A stretch of 62,533 nucleotides of DNA from the IMG/VR virus record IMGVR_UViG_3300031963_000146, positions 1 through 62,533 of that record; one strand, given 5' to 3'. The notes beneath the pieces were generated by a model. That model was not told where the DNA came from. It made no database searches and saw nothing but the letters and a program-made list of their open reading frames with translations. Shown in pieces: positions 30,685 to 42,292 of the stretch. Made by a program: the position numbers and the translations under genes. Origin of the DNA: a virus (lineage: Duplodnaviria > Caudoviricetes). Position 1 is the stretch's first letter; each line of letters begins with the position of its first letter.

Positions 30685-31530
30685 ATGAAACATGTAGTAA
30701 TATCCCTATCTGGAGGAATGGATTCCAGTACATTGTTGCTTCGTTGCTTGAAAGAGTACGATACAGTAACAGCAATTTCATTTGATTATGGACAAAAACA
30801 TCGAGTTGAGCTTGAACGCGCTCAATCATTGGTAGATTATTTAAATGGGTGTTCTGAAAAAACGATACAAGATGATTTTGCCACTATTACTGTAATAGGA
30901 GAAAATTTTACCCCTATTAACTACCGCCAAATCCAATTAAATGGATTATCTGATTTACTTAACTCAGCACTTGTAACAGGTGGAGATGAAGTACCTGAAG
31001 GACACTATGCTGAAGAAAATCAACGTCAAACCGTAGTCCCAAATCGTAACAAAATATTTGCTTCAATCGTACAAGCAGTTGCACTTTCGGTAGCAAATAG
31101 AACTGGGGAAAATTGTGATATTGCGTTAGGTATTCACGCTGGAGATTTTGGAGTTTATCCTGATTGTAGACAAGAATTTAGGGATGCAGACGATCAAGCA
31201 TTCCGTTTAGGAAATTGGGACGCAGAAATGGTTGGTTACTTTACACCATACCTTTATGGAGATAAATTCACCATCCTTCAAGATGGAGAAGTGTTATGTA
31301 AAGAGTTAGGTTTGGAATTTGACGAAGTATATAAAAGAACTAACACCTCATATAAACCATACCCTTCAGGTAACTCAGATTATAAATCAGCTTCAAGTGT
31401 AGAAAGAGTAGAAGCGTTTATCAAGTTGGGAAGAAAAGATCCTGTAATATATGAAGATGAAACAGGTCCTGTAACTTGGGAACACGTAGTAAACGAAGTA
31501 ACAAAGGTATTAGAAACACATAATGGCTAA
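30685..31530 (+). CDS. queC: 7-cyano-7-deazaguanine synthase
   Basis: SGGMDS, FDYGQKH..EL, TVVPNRN, YPDCR.EF motifs. Confidence 0.95.
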   Translation: MKHVVISLSGGMDSSTLLLRCLKEYDTVTAISFDYGQKHRVELERAQSLVDYLNGCSEKTIQDDFATITVIGENFTPINYRQIQLNGLSDLLNSALVTGGDEVPEGHYAEENQRQTVVPNRNKIFASIVQAVALSVANRTGENCDIALGIHAGDFGVYPDCRQEFRDADDQAFRLGNWDAEMVGYFTPYLYGDKFTILQDGEVLCKELGLEFDEVYKRTNTSYKPYPSGNSDYKSASSVERVEAFIKLGRKDPVIYEDETGPVTWEHVVNEVTKVLETHNG

Positions 31531-31801
31531 TTGGGATAAACTAAACAAAGAATTAGATTCAGCTTTAGATTCAATGACCCCAGAGGATTGGAATGAATGG
31601 AAAAATAAAACACAAAAAAATAGTATATTAAATTGGGATTTGCATCAAAAACTTATGAATAAAAGAAATGAAATTATAGTTTGTGTTGGAATAGGATTAA
31701 ACATGTTCTTTCCAGAATACATTACAATTGGATCCTTACCTGAAGTTAAAAAGGAATTAGTTGAATCTATTAAAAAAATTAAAAAAAATGGCAAAATTTA
31801 A
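31523..31801 (+). CDS. Hypothetical protein
   Basis: 92 aa ORF between queC and queD. Confidence 0.6.
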   Translation: MANWDKLNKELDSALDSMTPEDWNEWKNKTQKNSILNWDLHQKLMNKRNEIIVCVGIGLNMFFPEYITIGSLPEVKKELVESIKKIKKNGKI

Positions 31802-32252
31802 CTCAACAAAATTATTTGATGGATACTCAACATGTTTTCGTCAATGGAAAGCAGACGGAACTCATTGCAAATTCTTACACGGATACGCAGTATCATTTAG
31901 AGTATGGTTTGAAGGTGAACTAGATCATAGAAATTGGGTATGGGATTTTGGTGGTATGAAACGTGCAAAAACATCAATTTCTGGTATGTCTCCAAAAGAT
32001 TATTTTACATTTTTGCTAGATCATACTACAATTGTAGCAGAGGATGATCCGTATTTAGAGCATTTCAAACAAATGGATGAAGACGGTATAATCCAATTAC
32101 GTATTTTACCTGCAACAGGATGTGAACGATTTGCAGAATACCTTTATAAAACAATAAATGATTTTTTACGAGAAGAAACCAACAGTAGAGTTAGAGCTAC
32201 CAAAGTAGAAGTTTATGAACATGAAAGAAACTCAGCAAGTTATGGAGAATAG
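31788..32252 (+). CDS. queD: 6-carboxy-5,6,7,8-tetrahydropterin synthase
   Basis: HCKFLHGY, WVWDFG, LDH and VEVYEH T-fold motifs. Confidence 0.9.
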   Translation: MAKFNSTKLFDGYSTCFRQWKADGTHCKFLHGYAVSFRVWFEGELDHRNWVWDFGGMKRAKTSISGMSPKDYFTFLLDHTTIVAEDDPYLEHFKQMDEDGIIQLRILPATGCERFAEYLYKTINDFLREETNSRVRATKVEVYEHERNSASYGE

Positions 32253-32309
32253 TTACTATACCGTTACAACCACTTTTGGTGATATTAAATTTAATTATAT
32301 TTTAACAAA

Positions 32310-32558
32310 ATGAAAAAAATACTTTACTTTAGCGCAGCATGGTGTGGCCCATGTAAAAATTTTAAACCAATTATGGAACAAGTAAGCCGTGAATTGCCTG
32401 TACAATTTATTGATGTAGATGCAAATCCTGATTTAGTTGCAGAATACGGTATACGAAATGTTCCTACAATTGTAGTAACTAGAGATAATAGAGCGGTAGC
32501 AAAACAAGCCGGAGTTTTAACAGAGTCACAAATAAAAGGTTTATGGAACCAAAATTAA
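32310..32558 (+). CDS. trxA: Thioredoxin
   Basis: WCGPC active site and VPT cis-Pro motif. Confidence 0.95.
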   Translation: MKKILYFSAAWCGPCKNFKPIMEQVSRELPVQFIDVDANPDLVAEYGIRNVPTIVVTRDNRAVAKQAGVLTESQIKGLWNQN

Positions 32559-32562
32559 AAAT

Positions 32563-33402
32563 ATGAGCAAAATAGAAAAAACCCAATTACTTATCTCCAG
32601 TGATTTTTATAGTGTACAAGGAGAAGGATTTTCTACAGGTGTACCTTCGTACTTTGTACGTTTAGGGAACTGTAATTTAACTTGTGGGATGTCCCGCTTA
32701 TTCACCAATAAACTGATGAAGGAAAAAAACCTAGAAAATGGTGAAATATTTGAGGGGGATTTACAAGTTGAAGGAAAAGCAACTTGGACATGTGATAGTA
32801 CATCTCAATGGTTGTTTAGAGGAGAAAACAAAGATTTCCAATACTTAATTGATAGATGGAAAGAACAAGGAATATACGAAGATATTAAGAATAGATTAAT
32901 TCATATTATTTGGACTGGTGGTGAACCTACAATTAAAGGGCACCAAGAAGCTATTGTTAACTTTCACAAATACTGGAAATCAATAGACTTATCTGTTGAT
33001 CTAACCACCGCATATTATGAAATAGAAACTAATGGTACAATTTATATTGAAGATGCTTTATTTAAAGATCTTGACCAAATTAATTGTTCCCCTAAATTAT
33101 CCAATTCAGGTATGACAGAAAAACAACGAATTGTACCTGTTGCTATTGAACGTATTATGGAACATAGAAACTATCAATTCAAATTCGTTATTTCAAACGA
33201 AAATGACATTGAAGAAATGTTTAGGGATTTTATCGAACCATTCAATATCCCACTTCAAAGAGTATGTTGTATGCCTGGTTTAGATAGTCAAGATGATTTT
33301 CATGAAAGAACTCAATGGGTGCTTGAAATGGCCAAAAAATATAAATTTGTAGGTTTAACCCGCTTACATATATCAGCTTGGGATAAAACATTAGATGTTT
33401 AA
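32563..33402 (+). CDS. queE: 7-carboxy-7-deazaguanine synthase (radical SAM)
   Basis: FYSVQGEG, FVRLGNCNLTC...WTCDS, TGGEP, IETNG, SPK, RLH. Confidence 0.92.
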   Translation: MSKIEKTQLLISSDFYSVQGEGFSTGVPSYFVRLGNCNLTCGMSRLFTNKLMKEKNLENGEIFEGDLQVEGKATWTCDSTSQWLFRGENKDFQYLIDRWKEQGIYEDIKNRLIHIIWTGGEPTIKGHQEAIVNFHKYWKSIDLSVDLTTAYYEIETNGTIYIEDALFKDLDQINCSPKLSNSGMTEKQRIVPVAIERIMEHRNYQFKFVISNENDIEEMFRDFIEPFNIPLQRVCCMPGLDSQDDFHERTQWVLEMAKKYKFVGLTRLHISAWDKTLDV

Positions 33403-33406
33403 AAAT

Positions 33407-33805
33407 ATGGAAAAGTTTTATGTTACGTGGGATGAAATAGAAGAATTAGTTGAACTTTTATGCTCCCAAATAATTAAATCAGGAATTCAAATTGAATATA
33501 TTTATGGTTTACAAAGAGGAGGACTTATCCCTGCTGTTTTACTTTCACATAAACTAGGTATTCCTATGACTCAAAATCCAAATTCACCTAATCTTTTGGT
33601 AGTAGATGATATTTGTGATAGTGGAGAAACATTTCATGAGTTTTTTCTCGAATACCCAAAAACTAAATTTGCCTGCCTACATTTTAAACCCCATACCTCC
33701 CATTTTAATCCAGAATTCTCAGCAAATAAATTTTTCTCAGATGCTTGGATAAATTACCCTTGGGAAAAAGTAGATGCAAAAACAATTCAAGATTACAAAC
33801 TTTAA
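33407..33805 (+). CDS. Type I phosphoribosyltransferase (xanthine/guanine PRT-like)
   Basis: RGGLIPA, VVDDICDSGET PRPP-binding loop, WINYPWE. Confidence 0.88.
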   Translation: MEKFYVTWDEIEELVELLCSQIIKSGIQIEYIYGLQRGGLIPAVLLSHKLGIPMTQNPNSPNLLVVDDICDSGETFHEFFLEYPKTKFACLHFKPHTSHFNPEFSANKFFSDAWINYPWEKVDAKTIQDYKL

Positions 33806-33855
33806 TTTGGATATTTAAAATATCCTTTGTACATTTATATAAAATAATTAGTTAT

Positions 33856-34554
33856 ATGTCTGAAAATACAAGAAAAAAACAACACACAGATTTAGAATGT
33901 GTACAAATAGGTTTTGCAAACGGAGTTGCACCTGGTTTTCCACTTACCGAACAAGAAAAATGGGACATGGTAGAAAAAGCAGAAAAAGCTTACGGTGAAT
34001 TTTTAACAGCATTGGGTGTGGATTGGAAAAACGATCCAAACTCCGCAGATACTCCACGCCGTGTAGCAAAAGCATATGTGTTTGATTTATTTGCTGGGAG
34101 ATATACAGCAATGTCCGATATTACTTCATTCCCAAGCGACGGATACGATGGTATTGTAATTGAAAGAAACATTCCAGTTACCTCAATATGTTCACATCAC
34201 CACCAAACAATTGGAGGAGTTGTACATATTGGATATGTTGTAGGAAATGAAGGTAGAGTAATTGGTTTATCTAAATTGAACCGTATAGTTGAATTATTCG
34301 GTCGTAGAGGAGCAATTCAAGAGCAATTAACATCTGCAATTCATAATGCTGTAAACAAAATTTGCGAACTTAACCGCGGAGTAATAGTTACAGTAGTAGC
34401 AACACATAATTGTGTATCTTGTAGAGGTGTTAAACATCAAGGCGCCTCAATGGTTACAACCAAAGCATCAGGTGTGTTTTTAGAAAACGATAATCAAGCA
34501 CGTAAAGAATTTTTTGATTCAATTAAAATAAACAATGGAGGACACCAAATTTAA
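33856..34554 (+). CDS. folE: GTP cyclohydrolase I
   Basis: TPRRVAK, CSHHH, GLSKLNR, IQEQLT, HNCVSCRG; ATG at 33856. Confidence 0.96.
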   Translation: MSENTRKKQHTDLECVQIGFANGVAPGFPLTEQEKWDMVEKAEKAYGEFLTALGVDWKNDPNSADTPRRVAKAYVFDLFAGRYTAMSDITSFPSDGYDGIVIERNIPVTSICSHHHQTIGGVVHIGYVVGNEGRVIGLSKLNRIVELFGRRGAIQEQLTSAIHNAVNKICELNRGVIVTVVATHNCVSCRGVKHQGASMVTTKASGVFLENDNQARKEFFDSIKINNGGHQI

Positions 34555-34559
34555 AAATT

Positions 34560-34793
34560 ATGACAAAATCACAATTACTTTATAGAGCTTTAGAAGCAAA
34601 GTACGAAGCTCAAATTGCAGAAGCAAAAGCAACACTAGCAATTTATTTTGAAAGTTCAGTTGGAATTGGAGAACATCCACAACATTTAGAAGAAATGGAT
34701 AAATTTGTAACCCAATTAACAGACGCTCAAGATAAACTTGAAGTTTTAAACACAGTCCATTCAAACATCTCAAATGAATTTAACCCATTTTAA
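34560..34793 (+). CDS. Hypothetical protein
   Basis: VGIGEHPQ-containing small helical phage protein. Confidence 0.75.
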   Translation: MTKSQLLYRALEAKYEAQIAEAKATLAIYFESSVGIGEHPQHLEEMDKFVTQLTDAQDKLEVLNTVHSNISNEFNPF

Positions 34794-34799
34794 TAAGTT

Positions 34800-35426
34800 A
34801 TGACTCCACTAGAACAAAAACAAGATGAGTTAATTAATTTATTGCGAAACCAAGTTATAGACCTATCAATGATGTCTAAAATTGAACTTGGAGATGACGT
34901 AATTCAAGAATGGACTCGATTAAAAGAAGAAATTGAAGAAGCAAAATCCCAATCTACTTATGTACCATTTGTATCCGAAGTTGAAGAATTCAATGCAGTT
35001 ATGGGAAAACCCAATAATTATAATCCGGTCATTCCCGCTGAGAAGGAGTGGATGTTTGTCTATAATTTCATTTTGGAAGAACTCGAGGAATATAAGCATG
35101 CGTGTGAAACAGGGGACATTGTTGAAGTTCTTGATGCTTTGTGTGACATTACGTATGTCTCGCTTGGCAATGGTGCTATGCTACACGGTCTTAAGGATAA
35201 AATATGGCCCGCGTATCAAGAAGTACAAGCATCGAATCTTAGCAAGGCTTGCTCAAGTGAGGAAGAGGCACAAGAAACCGTTAGAGTACGTTCCCAAGAG
35301 CAAAAGGAACCATGTCACTATGAAAAGGTTGGAAACTATTATATTGTCTATAGAACATCTGATAGAAAAGTAATGAAAAATATTAACTATTTTAGACCCG
35401 ATTTAAGTAAATTTTTTAAACAATAA
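34800..35426 (+). CDS. MazG/PRA-PH-like NTP pyrophosphohydrolase with N-terminal extension
   Basis: EELEEY...EVLDALCDITYV...EVQASNLSK...KVMK...PDL. Confidence 0.85.
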   Translation: MTPLEQKQDELINLLRNQVIDLSMMSKIELGDDVIQEWTRLKEEIEEAKSQSTYVPFVSEVEEFNAVMGKPNNYNPVIPAEKEWMFVYNFILEELEEYKHACETGDIVEVLDALCDITYVSLGNGAMLHGLKDKIWPAYQEVQASNLSKACSSEEEAQETVRVRSQEQKEPCHYEKVGNYYIVYRTSDRKVMKNINYFRPDLSKFFKQ

Positions 35427-35429
35427 CAT

Positions 35430-35687
35430 ATGAAAACACCAGAACAAATCATCAGCGAAATTAAAACTTTTATTTCTACTTCAAGGCCATTTAGATTTTC
35501 AGGCCCAGAAACAACTGTATTGAATCTTTTAACTGAACTAGAAAACACATTAAATCCACAACCAATTGTAGAAGAGGTAGCTATAGAAGAGCCAGTTGTA
35601 GAGGAAACAGTAGTTGAAACAGAAGTAGTTGAAGAAACAGTAATAGAAGAGCCAGTTGCTAAAACAACAAAAAAGTCTAAAAAATAA
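35430..35687 (+). CDS. Hypothetical acidic low-complexity protein
   Basis: Repeated VEE/EPV/ETV units followed by a basic tail. Confidence 0.65.
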   Translation: MKTPEQIISEIKTFISTSRPFRFSGPETTVLNLLTELENTLNPQPIVEEVAIEEPVVEETVVETEVVEETVIEEPVAKTTKKSKK

Positions 35688-35703
35688 TAAAATATAAAAG
35701 GTT

Positions 35704-38433
35704 TTGTATCAAGCAGTTTTCTATTCAAGATTACCCGGAGAGGATCAATGGCATTACTTTCTTAGGGACGATAAAAAAGGAATACACAAATTCACTTATT
35801 GGCCCACAGTCTATAAACTTGATGAAGAGGGAGAACTTGAAACACTGTTTGGTGAACGTTGTTCTCCCCTTCAAGGCAAGTACGATAGAAAAGATCCTAC
35901 TATTTTAGAAAAAGATATTGACCGTGAACTTGTATTGTTGAGGGATCTGTACTACGAGACAGATGATATGCCCTCATACCATAATACAGTTTATTTAGAT
36001 ATTGAGATTGAAATTTTAGGTGCACTTACACCACAAACCATTAAGGAAGCAAATGCTGAAGTTACAGCTATTGCTTTAATTGATACTACAACCAAAGAAA
36101 AGATATGTTTTATCTTGGATAAAGCAGGTAAAATTGAGGAACTAAATCAAGATGGTAAAGTAATTGTACCTTGTCCTGACGAAAATACTCTATTACGTAA
36201 ATTCTTATCCAAATGGGAACAAATGGATCCTACAATTGTAGTAGGATACAATAGTGATTTCTTTGATATTCCGTATTTATATTACAGAATTAAAAGACGT
36301 TTAGGAGATGAAGTATATCGTTTATCTCCTGTAGGTAAAGTTGAGGAAATATCATCTCAACCAAATTCCCCAATTCGTATTGGTTTAGTTAACAGTTTAG
36401 ACTATATGCACTTACTTCGTAAGTATATGATGAAGGAAGAACCATCATATAAATTGGGAGATATAGGTTTAAAATATGCTAAACTAGGAAAAATAGAATA
36501 CAATGGTAATTTAGATACTTTATTTAGAGAAGATCCAAACAAATTTATAGACTATAACATTCGAGATGTTGAGATTATAGAGGCGCTAGAGGAAAAACAA
36601 AAATTTATTGAGTTAACTGTTTTGATTTCCCATTTATGTCATACACCATACGAGTCAATTTACTACAACACCATATTGAATGAAGGTGCTATTTTAACGT
36701 ATTTAAAGCGCAGGAATATAATTGCTCCAAACAAACCTACTACTACAAATCCAACCATTAGAGAGTTAGAGTTAGGTGATCACGTTGTAAATCAACGAGG
36801 TACCCCTACAGTTGAAGGTACTGTATATAGTTTTGAGGACAAACAAATCATAATCAAAACACTTTCAGGCAAATATATTACTCGTAATCCCAAAACAGTA
36901 AAGAAAAAAGATTCATATGCTGGAGGATATCTACTTGATCCTATACCTGGACTATATTCAGATGTAAGTGACCTCGACTTTACCTCACTATATCCTTCAA
37001 TTATCAAATCGCTTAATTTGGGTGTTGAAACATTAGTTGGTAGAATAGTTACAAAAAATAATTACGAGCAGTACAATTCACTTGAACAACTTAAACAACG
37101 AGATCCTGAGGAAAAAATACATATACAAAAACTCAACAAACATTCATATCAACTTAAAGATGCAACTATAGCTGTAGGTGCCTTAATTAAATTGATAGAA
37201 GACAATAATTGGACAATTTCAGCTAGTGGAGCGTTTTTTACAACAGATAAGAAAAGTATTGCTTGTACAGTATTAGAGGATTGGTTTGATCAAAGGGAAC
37301 ACTATAGAGCACTTAAGAAAAAAGCAGGTAAAGCAGAAGATTGGGCAAATTACAAACTATATGACCTATACCAGTTAGCATTCAAAATCTTACAAAACGC
37401 TTTATATGGTACATATGCAATTAATTCATGGCGTTTTACAGATGGGTTTAAAATATGTTCTGCAGCTATTACAAACAGCGGACAGAGATTAACTCGCGAA
37501 AGTATTGATTTTGTAAACCAGTATATCTCAGACCAACTTGAAATTGAACCTAGAAAATTTGTTATCGCGTCAGATACTGATTCATTGTATATGGAGTTAA
37601 CTGATTTGCTTAAAAAACGTAACCCTGATTTAAACTACAATGATCGTGAGGAAAAAATTAATCGATTACTTGTACTAACTGAGGAACTCCAATCAGTAGC
37701 AAACGGAAATCTAAACAGTATTACGCAAAATCTATTCAATATGCACGGCAAACACCACTTTGTATTAAAGCAAGAGGTAATCGCTGAAAAAGCATATTGG
37801 GCCGGTAAACGTAGATACGCTATTTATATTGTAAACAAAGAAGGTGTACCAATTGAGGAACTAGAGATGAAGGGATTAGACATCATGAAATCTAACTTCC
37901 CAGATTACTTTAGAAATTTTGGAGAAAACTTAATCAAAAATATCCTATTCTCTAAACCAAAAGAAGAAATAGACAAGGATGTAATGGATTTTAAAAATTC
38001 AATCCAAACTGTAGAATGGAAAAAGTTATTGAAACCTACTGGACTTAAAAAAATAGGTGAATATACTGAACGTAAACCTGCCCCTGGCGAATTGTTCTCT
38101 AAACTAAAATTGAAATGTCCTGTTAATACAAAAGCAGCTATCATAACAAATGATATATTACGTTTTAAAGGTTTAACTAAAAAATATCCCGAATTTACAA
38201 TTGGAGATAAGATGTATATAGCCATTTTAAAACCAAACCCATATCAAATTGAGGTAATTGGATTAAACGGATACAATGATGCCCCTGAAATACTAGATAT
38301 AGTAAACAAGTATATTGACCGTGATGGGTTATTTGATAGTGTGATTAGAAATAAATTAGAAGGGGTATACAATGATATTGGATGGGTATTAAACTTAAAT
38401 CCGTTTAAAGCGAAATTTTTTAATTTTAATTAG
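35704..38433 (+). CDS. Family B DNA polymerase (T4 gp43-like), TTG start
   Basis: Exo motifs DIEIE, GYNSDFFD, YNIRD; Pol motifs DFTSLYPS, KILQNALYG, DTDS. Confidence 0.96.
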   Translation: MYQAVFYSRLPGEDQWHYFLRDDKKGIHKFTYWPTVYKLDEEGELETLFGERCSPLQGKYDRKDPTILEKDIDRELVLLRDLYYETDDMPSYHNTVYLDIEIEILGALTPQTIKEANAEVTAIALIDTTTKEKICFILDKAGKIEELNQDGKVIVPCPDENTLLRKFLSKWEQMDPTIVVGYNSDFFDIPYLYYRIKRRLGDEVYRLSPVGKVEEISSQPNSPIRIGLVNSLDYMHLLRKYMMKEEPSYKLGDIGLKYAKLGKIEYNGNLDTLFREDPNKFIDYNIRDVEIIEALEEKQKFIELTVLISHLCHTPYESIYYNTILNEGAILTYLKRRNIIAPNKPTTTNPTIRELELGDHVVNQRGTPTVEGTVYSFEDKQIIIKTLSGKYITRNPKTVKKKDSYAGGYLLDPIPGLYSDVSDLDFTSLYPSIIKSLNLGVETLVGRIVTKNNYEQYNSLEQLKQRDPEEKIHIQKLNKHSYQLKDATIAVGALIKLIEDNNWTISASGAFFTTDKKSIACTVLEDWFDQREHYRALKKKAGKAEDWANYKLYDLYQLAFKILQNALYGTYAINSWRFTDGFKICSAAITNSGQRLTRESIDFVNQYISDQLEIEPRKFVIASDTDSLYMELTDLLKKRNPDLNYNDREEKINRLLVLTEELQSVANGNLNSITQNLFNMHGKHHFVLKQEVIAEKAYWAGKRRYAIYIVNKEGVPIEELEMKGLDIMKSNFPDYFRNFGENLIKNILFSKPKEEIDKDVMDFKNSIQTVEWKKLLKPTGLKKIGEYTERKPAPGELFSKLKLKCPVNTKAAIITNDILRFKGLTKKYPEFTIGDKMYIAILKPNPYQIEVIGLNGYNDAPEILDIVNKYIDRDGLFDSVIRNKLEGVYNDIGWVLNLNPFKAKFFNFN

Positions 38434-38465
38434 GATATTTAAAAAATATTTCATACATTTAATAT

Positions 38466-39200
38466 ATGGTAAATAAATTAGTTCTACAATCTGTTATAAA
38501 CAAATACTACTTGGGCGAAAACGAATCTGTCAAGTGGAAAATAAAAGATAATACACTCACTATAGACTTTATGTCTGTAAATAAAGAGGTAATAGGTAAA
38601 ATAGTATATGATGGTTTTGATGTAGAGGATAGTGAATTAGCTATCTTTGATACCAAAAAATTCCTTAACCTACTTTCTATTACATCAAATGACTTGATGT
38701 TTAATTTAGAAAAAGGTAAAAGCGTTTACACTAAAATGCACTTTGCAGACAACTCATTTAACTTAACTTATGCACTTGCAGATCCTTTATTGATTGGAAA
38801 AGTAGCTTCCGTTACAGAACCAGAATGGGATGCCTGTTTGACTTTAGAAAAAGAACACGTTGACAATTTAGTTAAAGCCAAAAATGCTTTAACAGGTATA
38901 GGTTCAATGACTATCTCTGTTGATCTAGATTTGAATGGAGATAATATGTGTTTGTTTACATTTGGAGACGAGCAAGGCCACAACAACAAAATTACCTACC
39001 AGCTATATGGTAAAATTAAACAGGAAAAAGTTGAAATCCCATTCAACTCAGATATGTTTAGAAACATATTAAAAGAAAATAAGGATTTAGAGGAAGGATA
39101 TATTTGGTTAAGCTATCAAGGTTTAATGAAACTTGAATTCAATTCAGAAAATATAACCAGTACATATTATATGGTTCGTAAAGAAGAAAGTAGTTTTTAA
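38466..39200 (+). CDS. Sliding clamp (gp45-like)
   Basis: 244 aa immediately after PolB; LAIFD..KFLNLL and LSYQGLMKLEF...TYY pattern. Confidence 0.7.
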   Translation: MVNKLVLQSVINKYYLGENESVKWKIKDNTLTIDFMSVNKEVIGKIVYDGFDVEDSELAIFDTKKFLNLLSITSNDLMFNLEKGKSVYTKMHFADNSFNLTYALADPLLIGKVASVTEPEWDACLTLEKEHVDNLVKAKNALTGIGSMTISVDLDLNGDNMCLFTFGDEQGHNNKITYQLYGKIKQEKVEIPFNSDMFRNILKENKDLEEGYIWLSYQGLMKLEFNSENITSTYYMVRKEESSF

Positions 39201-39211
39201 TATGTATAACT

Positions 39212-39391
39212 ATGGATAAAGAATTTTTATATATGCAAAAACTGGCTGGTATTATTACTGAAAGTGAATACAATGCTAAAATAGAAGAAATTAAACAAGA
39301 TGAAAATTTTGTTAATAATCTTTTAAATTTAGAAAAATTAGCACATGAATATGTAGCTCAATATGGTAAAATAAAATTAAACAATGAATAA
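39212..39391 (+). CDS. Small late protein with MQKLAGIITE tag (59 aa, not in ORF track)
   Basis: MDKEFLYMQKLAGIITESEYNAKIEE...; late motif at 39200. Confidence 0.7.
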   Translation: MDKEFLYMQKLAGIITESEYNAKIEEIKQDENFVNNLLNLEKLAHEYVAQYGKIKLNNE

Positions 39392-39650
39392 ATTTGATAG
39401 AATTCGTTTTTTAGACAAAAAACTTGAATCTGTTTTTTCTCAAATTGAAGCTATTGTAAAAGAAGACCCAAGTGAAGCTATAGCTTTTAAAAATTTAATA
39501 AAAGGTTTCCATCAAATGTATTTGAATATAAAGTCAGATCTAATTGATCCCTACTATGAAAATCAAAATCCAAATATTGAAGAAAAAATAATTGAACGTT
39601 TAGAAAGTTTAGTTAAAATAATGAATATTATTATAGACTTTGAGAAATAA
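39384..39650 (+). CDS. Hypothetical protein
   Basis: 88 aa ORF overlapping the previous ORF by 8 nt. Confidence 0.6.
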   Translation: MNKFDRIRFLDKKLESVFSQIEAIVKEDPSEAIAFKNLIKGFHQMYLNIKSDLIDPYYENQNPNIEEKIIERLESLVKIMNIIIDFEK

Positions 39651-39704
39651 TTTGCTCATTCAAATAAGTTTTCGTATATTATAGTTATAAATTTAAATTT
39701 AGTT

Positions 39705-40057
39705 ATGGCAGAAACAAAAGGTAAAGGTCGTCCTTCTAGGGACGAAAATGACACACAATCTAATTATTGTATTATTAAAGACCCATTAATTGAACCTTAC
39801 TATATAGTAAAGGATTCATCTAATTTTACTTTAATGGAGAAAAAAATTGCTGAAAAAGGATTTAGAGGAGGTGAAGCATCTGGCAAAGAAAGAGAAATCA
39901 CTATTGGTTATTACACTAGTTTTAAAAACGCTCTAAACCGAATTGCAAAAGAAAAATTTTATCAAAACCCAGGAGAATATAATTCAATTCAAGAATATAT
40001 TAACACTTGGAATAAAGTTAAAGAAGGAATGGAATCAATGTTAAACAAGTTAGAAAT

Positions 40058-40061
<4 letters not shown>
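39705..40061 (+). CDS. Hypothetical protein
   Basis: 118 aa ORF behind the promoter at 39651-39682; coupled to groES. Confidence 0.75.
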
Positions 40062-41999
<1,938 letters not shown>

Positions 42000-42002
42000 G
42001 AT

Positions 42003-42263
42003 ATGCTACAAGTAACAGAATATAATGAAATCATCGCTACACGAGTACCCCCTGGAGATCAGTGGGTGCTTGTAAATGATAAAAGTAAAGTGATTCACAA
42101 GTCAATAACTGATGCTTTAGAGGCATGGTTTGAAAAAAACCAAGAAAATGTAGAATTTCGTTTAGCTCCTTTAGACAGTAAACTCTATGTTATACGAAGC
42201 CAGGAAAAAGAAATTCAACCCGAACCAGCTAAACGCTATAATATTTATGGAGACCCAATGTAA
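42003..42263 (+). CDS. Hypothetical protein
   Basis: 86 aa ORF after groEL. Confidence 0.7.
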   Translation: MLQVTEYNEIIATRVPPGDQWVLVNDKSKVIHKSITDALEAWFEKNQENVEFRLAPLDSKLYVIRSQEKEIQPEPAKRYNIYGDPM

Positions 42264-42278
42264 CGGGTCTCTTTTTTT
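42250..42278 (+). terminator. Rho-independent terminator
   Basis: GAGACCC-N8-GGGTCTC followed by T7. Confidence 0.8.
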
Positions 42279-42292
42279 ACATATTTATAATT

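Noticed and set aside
34933-35373. 146-aa alternative + strand ORF inside the MazG-like gene
   Set aside because: Non-ATG start, no motifs, fully nested in a conserved gene.
35560-35660. Short direct repeats (AGAAGAGCCAGTTG twice, GAAACAG repeats)
   Set aside because: Explained by low-complexity Glu/Val coding in the 35430 ORF.
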